Assembly (NCBI GenBank): GCA_951406725.2
Contig: OX597814.1
Location: 168,888,001 to 168,952,000, forward strand
Source: Octopus vulgaris
Lineage: Eukaryota
Direction of reading: 5' to 3'
Length of the DNA: 64,000 nucleotides
In this document: piece after piece, positions 53,431-64,000 of the stretch
Numbering within the stretch: the stretch's first letter is position 1
Layout of the letters: each line of letters starts with the position of its first letter
Made by a program: the position numbers and the translations under genes
Notes under the pieces: model-generated
The model's input: only the letters and a program-made list of their open reading frames with translations
Databases searched by the model: none
Told to the model about the DNA's origin: nothing

Positions 53431-54285
53431 TTATTATTATTTTATATAGGTTTATGTTTTATTGTTTCATTGATGTGACAATAAAATCTCTCAACATGTA
53501 AAATCTCTTTTACATGTGATAATTTCTATCACATGTAAAAACAAAACAATAAGGATTAATAAACACTGCATCCTTACATTTTTATAACAAGCTCAACAAA
53601 GATGCAGCACAGCAATTCATTTGTTTGTTACTTTTATGCATTTTTTACCCCCTTTCCCTTCATTTTCATAGGTATATATATAACAGTGTGTGTTTTTTCA
53701 AGTTATTGACATTGAAAATACATAATAAAACAATTAGTCATAAAAGAAAATTTTATATTGGAAAGAGAAAGAGAAAGCAATTACACCGCCAGTCAGTGAT
53801 GTACAAAAATAAATAAATAAATAAATAAAGAGAAAAACAAAAAAAAAAAAAAGAAGAAGAAGACTGTTGCTCCAACTAATACTAATTACCCACTGAGCTT
53901 GTCTGCAGAAACTGACCTGACTGAATGATTGAATGAAGACATCAGCGTTTTATGAACCAAACACTTAATTGCAAGTAAACAACACACCGATTATTTGTTG
54001 TCTGCATAGTTATTTGTTTTGAAAGACAATCAGAATGTTGGGTGTGTGTGTAACTAGGCATTAATGACAAAGATATTATTTGCTTGTTAAGTTGAGGCAG
54101 AGGTAAACTAGTGTAAAATTAGTGTAAAAACAAGCACACTAATTTCTTTCAGATGCCACCAGTTTATTGGTTGTTTCATGTTAACCCCCCACCACCACCA
54201 CCACCACGACCACAAAAACACCTTAATTTGAAGAAAAGACCAGTTGTTACCCAGCTTGGGCTATCTCAGCAATTCACATGACTAT

Positions 54286-54556
54286 ACTCTTTTGCTTGTT
54301 TCAGTCATTTGACTGTGGCCATGCTGGAGCACAACCTTTAGTCGAGCAAATCGACCCCAGGACTTATTCTTTGTAAGCCTTGTATATATATACGACAGGC
54401 TTCTTTCAGTTTCCGTCTACCAAATCCACTCACAAGGCTTTGGTTGGCCCGAGGCTATAGTAGAAGACACTTGCCCAAGGTGCCATGCAGTGGGACTGAA
54501 CCCGGAACCATGTGGTTCGTAAGCAAGCTACTTACCACACAGCCACTCCTACCTAC
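54286..54556 (-). mobile_element. SINE family A with internal deletion
   Basis: Tail joined at TGTAAGCC to the (TA)n/head segment. Confidence 0.9.
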
Positions 54557-55249
54557 GCCTATACAATTTAATGATGACATAAAACTGACGTTCCTAATGG
54601 TTATAAGAGTGTGCATGCATGTGCACTTTGCACAGTATTCACATGAAACTAACTAGTTTATTCGATGTATAACGGTCATGTAATGACTCTTCTTTTCTTT
54701 TAATTTCTTTTTTTTTTTTTTTAGTTAAGATGTCAATGACTGAAACAAGGATTCATCAATAGCCGGTATGAGTGGTCCGGAAAAAGGGTCAACTACCTTC
54801 AGAGGCAGGAGGACAATATCCCTCTTATTTTCTTTCTCTTTCATACATGCATACAAACACATGACTTGATTGATTTATTGATCCTGCAGATAGCTTCATT
54901 TATAATTAACAAGCAACTTTGATGACTTGGTTTGCTGTATTGCTGATATTCATTTGATTCAGATAAAAGAATAATGTTTGCAATTACCTCCCTTGCCAAC
55001 CTTCCCTGTTCCCACAACTCCCACATCTCTTGTCAACGATGTACGCACATCACTATTACTACTCAGTTTAAACACCATCAAAGCTAAAGGTAGCAGAAAC
55101 AGATGCATCAGACAAATACCTTGCAGTATTTACATCCTCCTCTCAGGGTTATCTGTGGTATTTAATTCATTTCTCCAGGATCAACAGTGGGATTGATTAT
55201 CATCATTTAATAAAATTTACCAACACAGTTGCTAATATTTCACAACTGT

Positions 55250-55580
55250 AAGGCGGTGAGCTGGCAGAATCATTAGCACACTAGCCAAATGCTTAGTGGC
55301 ATTTTGTCCATCTTTTCACTCTGAGTTCAAATTCTGCTGCAGTCATCATCATCATCATTATTATTAAAGGGTGAGCTGGCAGAATCGTTAGCATGCTGGG
55401 CAAAATGCTTAGCAGCATTTTGTACATCCTCATGTTCTGAGTTCAAATTCTGCTGAGGTCAGCTTTGCGTTCACCCTTTCAGGATTAATAAATTAAGTAC
55501 CAGTCAAGTACTGAGGTTGATGTAATTGACTTAGGCCATCCCCACAAATTTCAAGCCTTTTGCATATAATAGAAAGGATT
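55250..55580 (+). mobile_element. Two adjacent family B SINEs (head fragment plus short-tail copy)
   Basis: GGTGAGCTGGCAGAATC at 55255 and 55370, each followed by TCTGAGTTCAAATTCTGCTG. Confidence 0.85.
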
Positions 55581-55602
55581 ATCAATATTATTATTTCGTT
55601 GT

Positions 55603-55968
55603 TTCTTAAGGAAGTTGAGGGTGGAGAGGGAAGTGTTGCCTTGTAGCAAGTTTGTTGAAAGGTGGGTGAATGTTGGAAGAATGGCCAGTGTGAAAGGACC
55701 AATTCTGAACATGCACCTGTAAACAAGGAATCAAAAGAGAAGGGCTATCACCCTGTTGATCAGGCACCTATGGCCTTTGTGGGTTTTTCCACGTGGACCT
55801 TAAAGTGCCTCCCCTTTTGGGAGATTTAATTTGTTTAATTTTTAGTTGTTATTTATATTGTTCACACGCTGTAAAACCCTTTGTGCCGTACTGTTTTTGT
55901 CTTTTATGTTGTGGTATGTCATTTAATGCTTTTGTATGTAAGCCCTTGTGGCTAATAAAAGAATAAAT
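55603..55968 (+). mobile_element. LINE 3' end (L1/Tx1-like ORF2 C-terminus plus 3' UTR)
   Basis: FLRKLRVEREVLPCSKFVERWVNVGRMASVKGPILNMHL* (stop 55720-55722) has the E...F...W pattern of L1/Tx1 ORF2 ends; T-rich UTR, AGCCCTTGTGGCTAATAAAAGAATA, then (ATT)n. Confidence 0.55.
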
Positions 55969-56409
55969 GATTATTATTATTATTATTATTAGTAGTAGTA
56001 GTAGTAGCAGCAGCAGCAGCAGCAGTAATGGTATAACTTATGCATTGAAGATAAACATCTTGGCAACACTTCTAGTGTTAAATGTAGGAGATAGTAAAGA
56101 TATTCAAGACACTACAGCACCATTCATCATCATCATCATCATCATTGTTTAACATCCGTTTTCCATGCTGGCATGGACGGTTCGACTGGGGTCTGGGAAG
56201 CCAGGAGGCTGCACCAGGCTCCAGAGACTGTAAATTAAAATCTTGTCAAAGAAGACTTTACCTCTCACCTAACCCAGAGATTGATGAAATTAGTAACAGT
56301 TATACAGTTTAATGATAATTTTCTCCATTAGAAAATAATGCTCATTCTTCTTCTTAAGAAAAAATCCTTCCAAAAAATAGGTTGCCTCATTTCTTCAAAA
56401 TTGCTCCCC

Positions 56410-56750
56410 AATCACATGGCTCCAGGTTCAATTCCAATGCATGGCACCTAGGTAAGAATATTTCTACTCTAGCCTCAGGCCAACATAAATGCTGTGAGTG
56501 GATTTGGTAGACAGAAACTGAAAGAAGCCTGTCATATACATGCCTGTATGTGTGTGCATGTGTGTATTTTTGTATGTATGTCTTTGTATATGTGTGTGCT
56601 TTTGTGTTTGTATTTATCTCTCACTACCATTTGACACCAGTGTTGGCTTGCTTGCATACCCATAACTTAGCAGTTTCACTTTAGAGATCAATATAATATA
56701 AAATCCATCATGGCTGTAGTCCAATGACTGAAACAAGTAAAAGATAGAAA
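56410..56750 (+). mobile_element. SINE family A, degenerate
   Basis: GTGAGTGGATTTGGTAGACAGAAACTGAAAGAAGCC and tail ATGACTGAAACAAGTAAAAGA. Confidence 0.8.
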
Positions 56751-58193
56751 ATAAAGAAGCACAAACACACGAAGGGATAGAAAACAGAAAAATATGTTCC
56801 ATATTATTCTTAAAGACAATGGAAAACCAAGAAAGTCACAGTGACATAAAGAATAATAATGAAATTTAAAATGATAAAAAGTTTAGGAAATAATAAAATT
56901 AATAAGCCAAATATTTCTCCAGTGAACAGACACTTGGCTGATGAATTGGTGTTTTGTAAGTGAAAAGTGGGTTACCAGCACACACTTCATCCTTTCTTAT
57001 ATTTGGTAACATTATTTGTGTGTGCATACATGTATGTATTTATATATAAAATGACTTTTTATAGTTATACAGTGATTAAATATTGAATACATATCAAAGA
57101 TTAAGAAACTAAGACTAACTTTAATGAAGAAAGAATGTAAGGTCACTAGGGAATGAATACTGATCAAAAACAATTTCACAGAGAATTATTGGCCTAACCA
57201 TTATGATCTCTTATGTTATATGTTGTGTCTTTAACTTCAAATAGTTTTAGTTACAAATGCTACACCTCCAAATTTAAAGAATATATGACTGAAAACTACT
57301 TGCAATAAAGGAAGCTCTGCATAGCCATTTGGTAGAAATAGCAATTAAATCTCCTTTAAATCACTATCTCACATCTTGGGAAATAATATATAATAATAAA
57401 TATATTATTGTAGCCCAGGTACACTAAACCAGGGGAAAATACAAGATAGCTGTAGCTGAAATATGAACCAACAAGGGAGTTTCTATGTATTCAGTCAAAC
57501 TACTAGAACCCCCCCCCCCACACACACACACCAAAACAAGTAAAATCTCCCTCAAATGAAACAGATAATCTTGGGAAAGGCAAAGACATATTACATAATG
57601 TAAAACTGCATTTATAGGAAATGATTGCAGCTGGAATGTTTTTGATCATAAGGTCTGAATAGCATGACAAAGGTTGATTTAAATCTGAACAGTAACTTTG
57701 CGGATATTTAGTGAATTTTTATAGCCAAAAAGTTGATGTGTATATTTGTTTACTTCTGTTTGATGTTATGGACTTAGCTCCATCTTGCCATACTGTGATA
57801 GTAAATTTTGAACTCTCGTAAAAGTTAATAGATTAAATAATGTGAATAGGTCCAGGATGAGAATTTTTTTATTTTTTTATTTGAATCTATGGTATGTTTG
57901 ATTTCCAAATAAAGAGCATACATAACTGGCCTAGTGGATCAAGTCTGGGACTATATATGCACATTCAAAAATAACCACCTGAAAATGATCATTGATAAAA
58001 ATCAACTGAAACACAGTGTAGTGTTATGTATGTATGTATGTATATATATATAGCATCATTATCCTCAGGCCTCAAGAAGAGATTAAGAATAATCTGAAAA
58101 ATTATAATCGTGTTAAGTTAAGTGGTGATAAGTTTTTCACTTTAATTCCACAGTTTTTGTGAATTGAAGCAAAACATTTTTCTTTGTAAGCAC

Positions 58194-58244
<51 letters not shown>

Positions 58245-58969
58245 ATAATAGGTTTGAAAATGATGGAAAAAGTAAGACATTCTTATAAGTTTTCTTAAGG
58301 TATAATTCACTATTAATGTTATCTTAGAATTATTTCATTTCTATTCAAGTGTATTAAGTATTTCTTAAAATAAATTTACCTTAATGTATATTATTTCCAG
58401 TAATTGTTCCTTGCCTTTTAGGAAATAAATGGAAGGCCAACTAATGGAGCAGAATAATGAGGAATTAATTAGCCAATAAAAATAAATAAATAATGTATCT
58501 ATTAAGATGGCTAAGAAGATTTTGGACAGAATAAGGCAGATGTTACAAAAGTGAAGAAGAACACAGCAAACTTTCCTGAAGAAGCTATTTGGTTTGATTC
58601 AGTAAATCATGCAACTATTTTTGAACAGTGTCTATTTCTAGCATCTTTCAATGAGAGGAATTAAAGCTATGATTATAGAGTGAATGGTTAACAAAGATTT
58701 ATTGATTCTTCTTAATAGGGTGAAAGGTTGAGAGAACAATGTGAATTTGAAATGCATCAGGTGTTGAAAGAAATCAAATAGTGAGGCAAGTGTTGCAAAA
58801 TGGATGGAGAAATTAAAGCAAGAAAACAAAGCTTATATGCATATCTCACAAAAACTATCAACAAGACAAGATTAATTCTTATCCCTAAAAGCAATTTCAC
58901 ATTCTGGTATATGTAAGAGAAGCAGTATCACATTTAAATAGCCATGTGTGCACCATACTTAATGTAAAC

Positions 58970-59361
58970 CTTTATATATATATAAAGCTGAAGTTGTCTG
59001 TGTATTGGCAGGTTTGGTAGCCTTCAACTAACACTATCTCCGACGAGACCCTGCAGCGCAAGTTGACCAAAATTGAGAGTATGATAGAAGAAGGCTTGCT
59101 CTTCCTTCCGTAGAAGAAAAAATTAAAATCGGACCATGTTAACACCAAAAGTTATTTACATCAAAAAGGGTTTTTTTTCTATGAGAATCCCTATTTTTTA
59201 CGATTTTTTTACTGTTGTGTTGCCACTTTTTGGTGTATTTCAACCAGAAAAATGTTCACTAAGAGAATAATAAGCTATGTAATACAGAATTTTTTACTTT
59301 TCAAAATTTCCAATTCTAAAGGGTCGAAACAAACCTGAGCAATGCTGGGCGATACTGCTAG
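58970..59361 (+). mobile_element. Non-autonomous Helitron-like element
   Basis: 5' (TA)n AAAG start; subterminal decayed hairpin CCTGAGCAATGCTGGG, then CTAG followed by T; no TIR or TSD. Confidence 0.6.
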
Positions 59362-59445
59362 TACATGATAAAAATGACAAATTTACAGTCGTGTTTGTCT
59401 GGAGATAACACCTTTTATGGATATATTGTATTTAAAAACATAATC

Positions 59446-59628
59446 CTTTCTATTATAGACACAAGGCCTGAAATTTGTGGGGAGGGGGTAAGTTGATTAC
59501 ATTGACCCCAGTGCACAACTGGTACTTATTTAATCGATCCCGAAAGGATGAAAGGCAAAGTAGACCTTGGCGGAATTTGAACTCAGAATGTAGCGACAGA
59601 CGAAATACCACTTAGCATTTCGTCCGGT
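59446..59628 (-). mobile_element. SINE family B, short-tail form, 5'-truncated
   Basis: CCGAAAGGATGAAAGGCAAAG...GGCGGAATTTGAACTCAGAA. Confidence 0.85.
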
Positions 59629-59772
59629 GAAAACATTATATATACCAGAGTCAGGCAAAAATCATCATAGGAGCAGCTGGTAAGAATGCAAGAACCATTT
59701 CTGCTTTTCTGGGCATTGTCAATAGCATGTACACATTAAGATGAAATTTGTCACCACATATACATAGTAAAA

Positions 59773-59803
<31 letters not shown>

Positions 59804-60000
59804 GTTTAACATCCATTTTCCATGCTAGCATGGGTTGGACGGTTTGACCGGAGTCTGGGAAGCCAGGAGGCTGCACCAGGCTCCGGTCTGATCTGGCAGT
59901 GTTTCTACAGCTGGATGCCCTTCCTAACGCCAACCACTCCGTGGGTGTAGTGGGTGCTTTTTACATGCCACCGGCACAGAAGCTAGTCAAGGCAGCACTG
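59773..60000 (-). mobile_element. Family D, 5'-truncated
   Basis: (CAT)n CGTTTAAC...CCATGCTAGCATGGG...GGATGCCCTTCCTAACGCCAACC. Confidence 0.88.
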
Positions 60001-61294
60001 AATGAATAATAACTGGTGTTGTAAACAACCATCCAGCTCATGGTGCTCAGATTGCTCAAGAAGGCAAGAGGCACCTACTTATATAAATAATTTTGGGATA
60101 TTTTGAAAAAAAAAAAGGACATTTAAAAATGTAATTGCAAACTTACAAAAAAAAAAACTAGTGCAATTCAGAGAGATATGTAAATTCCAGTGAGTTATAA
60201 AACAGCGTATATAAAAGATAAAAAAAACAACAACAAAAAAAAATGAAGAATGAATAAATAATGACTAAGGAAACTAACTGCATTTGAATAAATTCCGAAT
60301 ATATTTTATCAACAGGATTATATGATAGTAAAGTAGTACGTTTTTTTTTCATCATACAAACATGCCATTGTTCTCATCCGCAGTCTTCGCTTTTATTTTT
60401 TCTGTCTTCCACTATATTGTGCTATTGAGTTAATCTCACGAAAGTAAACTTTGCCTATCATCCTTCTAGGGTCAATAAAATAAATTACCAGGAAAGTACT
60501 GGAGAACAATCTAATTGTCTATACCCATTGCCCCCAAAATTTGTGGTTTTGTGCCAATGTTACTGCTATTCGTTAATTCAATTTCTGACTATCTAGAGCA
60601 TAAATACAGTAAACAGCAAAAATAGTTAAATACTCATGTGTAACAGAACAATATATTCTTTTATTCTTTTACTTGTTTCAGTCATTTGACCACGGCCATG
60701 CTGGAGTACCTTCTCGACGAGTCTTAGTCGAAGAAATCAACCCCAGGACTTATTCTTTGTAAGCCTAGTACTTATTGTATTGGTTCCTTTTATGTGTGCA
60801 CACGTGCATGTACATACACACATACACGCGTTAACAGGACCCATCTAAGCAAGATATTTATTAATCACTGAGATGTGCATTGAAACTCAGCAGGTACTTG
60901 GTGCTATGACTTCAAGTTTATGAAGAAAAAAAACAAAAACAACAAAAAACTCTTGGAAGAATGGACCTCAGATATACCTGCAAAAATATTGTACCTCTAT
61001 TTACCATACTGAAAGCTGTTTGGATTATCTAGAGTGATTTCTTCCCCCACTCTCTCTCTCTCTCACATACACACATTTATACTCCACCAGCCCACCCAAA
61101 CCTCAGAGCTGAAACTAAGTTAATCAAATAAATGTGTCAATAGTATGAAAATGAACTTACTCAAGAATATGAGCATAGAAGACTGTTTTTAATTATGTCT
61201 GCTCTTGAACTAATTATCAAGTATTAGCAAGCACAAAGTATCATTTCAGTGTTTATAAACCAAAGAGCCCATATGCTAAAGTTAAAAATCTACA

Positions 61295-61338
<44 letters not shown>

Positions 61339-62563
61339 TCTCCCTCTCTAATAAGTTTTGCTAGTTTTAAGCATTTTGAAAATTATACAGGGTGTATTCG
61401 TTTTAGTATTTTAAGGTTAGGTAGGGTTATGTACACATGTTAGCACAAGCAACTGATATTACAAACTCGCCTCCTTCTAAATAAACACCTGACATAGTTA
61501 GAAAGTACTAAGTCAGGAGGTTAGTTTCGACAATTGACCATACTGAAAGTACCTCAGAGAGCTTCAGACTAGCAGTAAGTGTTATAAACAGCTACTTTGC
61601 ACTTGACAATATTACTACATAGACGACTAAGTCACTTATCACAGCTAAAAAGGGTGACCGAAAATGAAGCTTGTGAGACAGCACATTTAAAATAGTCAAG
61701 CAGCTGTTAAAAATTCAGAAGCTAATGAACCAAACTTTGATTAAATATAGTTAAATAGCTGTTATGAAAGCTGAAGTGTCCTCATGCTGTTATACTGTTC
61801 GTTAGCTCTGTTATAGAGATTTAAAAAAAATACTAATAACACAGAACTACTGTTTATAATGAACATATAGTAAATTAATTAGAAATTTACAATACTACCA
61901 TCACTGCTAATAAACACTATCACCATCATAAGCAAACATCTCTCACAAAAATCTAGCACTGTACCATACTGAGCAAACATTATTAATCCTTTTGTTTCCA
62001 TATATCTGCTGAAACCTACTGCCTTTGATTTAATTAATTTTAAAAATAATGAAGAATTTAGTTAACTTTGTCATTATTAGGGTAGTGTTTGTATCCTACA
62101 CTAACATGAAATTTTGATGGAATTTGGATCACACTACAAAAGTAAGTTTGTGTCATAAAACCGAGGAAGGTCTGAGATGTACTGATATCAGAAAAGTTAA
62201 AGCAATGAGTGGTGAATGGCAGGTGAATCAGAAAATGTATCAGAGAACATACATTGCAGTACAGTTACTATTTGGGTACAAATCCCGCTGATGTTGACTT
62301 TGTCTTTCATCCTTCAAGGGTCAATAAAATAAATCAAGAGTCACATACTGGTTCTAATTAAAATCAGCTGTATGAGCCCTATCTATGCCCATGCCAGAAA
62401 TCATTTATCACAGCTAAAACAAGATTTTATCTTTTATTTTTTACTTGTTTCACTCATTAGACTGAAGCCATTCTGGAGCACTGCTTTGAAGAATTCAATT
62501 GAATGAATTGATCTCACTGATCTCTTTTGTTGAACTACTTTGTTACAGAGACATAAACATACC

Positions 62564-62795
62564 TATTTCTTTACTACCCACAAGGGGCTAAACACAGAGA
62601 GGACAAACAAGGACAGACAAACGGAATAAGTCAATTATATCGACCCCAGTGCATAACTGGTACTTATTTAATCAACCCCGAAAGGATGAAAGGCAAAGTC
62701 GACCTTGGCGGAATTTGAACTCAGAACGTAATGGCAGACGAAATACTGCTAAGCATTTCGGCCGGCGTGCTAACGTTTCTGCCAGCTCGCCGCCT
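62564..62795 (-). mobile_element. SINE family B nested in a degenerate family A copy (~62440-62995)
   Basis: Perfect TSD TAAACATACC (62554-62563 / 62796-62805). Confidence 0.92.
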
Positions 62796-63754
62796 TAAAC
62801 ATACCAACACTAGTTGTCAAAGCAGTGGTGAGGGACAAACACGTGTGATAGGCTTCTTTCCACCTGCCAAATCCACTCACAAGGCTTTGGTCAACCCAAG
62901 GCTATAATAGAAGACACTTGCTTCAGGTGCTACATACTGGTAATGAACTAAGAACTATGTGGTAAGGAAGTAATCTTCTTACCACATACTCATGCCTCCT
63001 TTGTTTTATTTAAAATGGTAAGAGAACAAATTAATAGTAATATTTCTCTAAGTTCAAATTCCGCAGTATTGACCCCGGTATTCAACTGGTAATCATTTTA
63101 TTGACCTAGAATGAATGAAAAACTGAATCAGCCTCAGTAGATTTTTGAAATCAGAACATAAAGACATTAAGCATTTTGTCTGGCATGTTAACAATTCTGC
63201 ATTTCACCAACCAAAATCGATGATGAGTCACAACAGTACATAAACAAGGACACTTGTACTTTCAAAAACAATAGCTAGTTTTCATTTTTTTTTTTTTTTA
63301 CTCATAACACTTTTTACTGAACTGCTCAAGTAGTTTAATGATAGTTTCAAAATATTAATTAAAAATGATACTATATTTAGAAAAATATGGCAACATTATA
63401 TTTACAAAAAGACTTTCCTGTAATTATCATTATTCCAGAAACTTTTTTAAATTACAATTTTCAATATCACATCTTTATTTTCCATAGTTATCAATTATAT
63501 TAAAATGCTCCCATTTCCCATCCTGCTTAAAGCAACATAATGGTAATAACTCTTACACCAACTCATACTTCATTTTAATTATTTCTCACTTTTTACTCAG
63601 TTTGCAAGACAAATCAGAGAGAAAAATTTCATTTTTCTATTCATCTTTATTTTACTTCTCTACACTCACAATTTTATTACTTTTTTTTTGTTTTTTTTTA
63701 TAGTTTCTTACTTGCACATTCTCTATTTAGCGCAACAACATATAAATTCACATA

Positions 63755-64000
63755 GCTGTAGGTGTGGCAGTGTGGTAAGAAGCATGCTTCCCAACCACAT
63801 GATTCTGGGTTCAGTCCTACTGCATGGCACCTTGGGCAAGCGTCTTCTACTATAGCCTCTAGCTGATCAATGCTTTGTGAGTGGATTTGGTAGACGGAAA
63901 CTGAAAGAAGCCTATCGTATATATACATACATATATATATATATATGCATGTGTCTTTGTGTCAGTGTTTGTCTTCCACCACCATTTGACAACCAGTGTT
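63755..64000 (+). mobile_element. SINE family A, cut by the window end
   Basis: GTGGCAGTGTGGTAAGAAGC...GGGTTCAGTCC...CACCTTGGGCAAG...GGAAACTGAAAGAAGCC. Confidence 0.88.

Overview
AT-rich, repeat-dense eukaryotic DNA with no intact protein-coding gene that I can support; it reads as a large intron or intergenic region. The SINE families and abundant (TA)n/(CA)n/(GA)n microsatellites resemble an octopus (coleoid cephalopod) genome; this is inference from recalled repeat sequences. Almost all ORFs in the track are microsatellite or repeat artefacts. Supported content: (1) four recurrent short retroelement families with working names A-D (three tRNA-headed, one with an RTE-like (GAT)n tail); (2) 3' fragments of RTE and L1/Tx1-type LINEs, two ending in paired C2H2 fingers; (3) piggyBac-like TTAA MITEs, GGATC-TIR MITEs with 8-bp TSDs, and Helitron-like elements; (4) several degenerate hammerhead-ribozyme motifs of the Penelope-like type. 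Most notable: a 2-kb nested tandem array of structured units capped by a single LINE-type tail (34.0-36.0 kb), a multimeric SINE inside one TSD (40.2-40.7 kb), and a MITE flanked by a ~254-bp direct duplication (44.2-45.1 kb). Boundaries of degenerate repeats are approximate.
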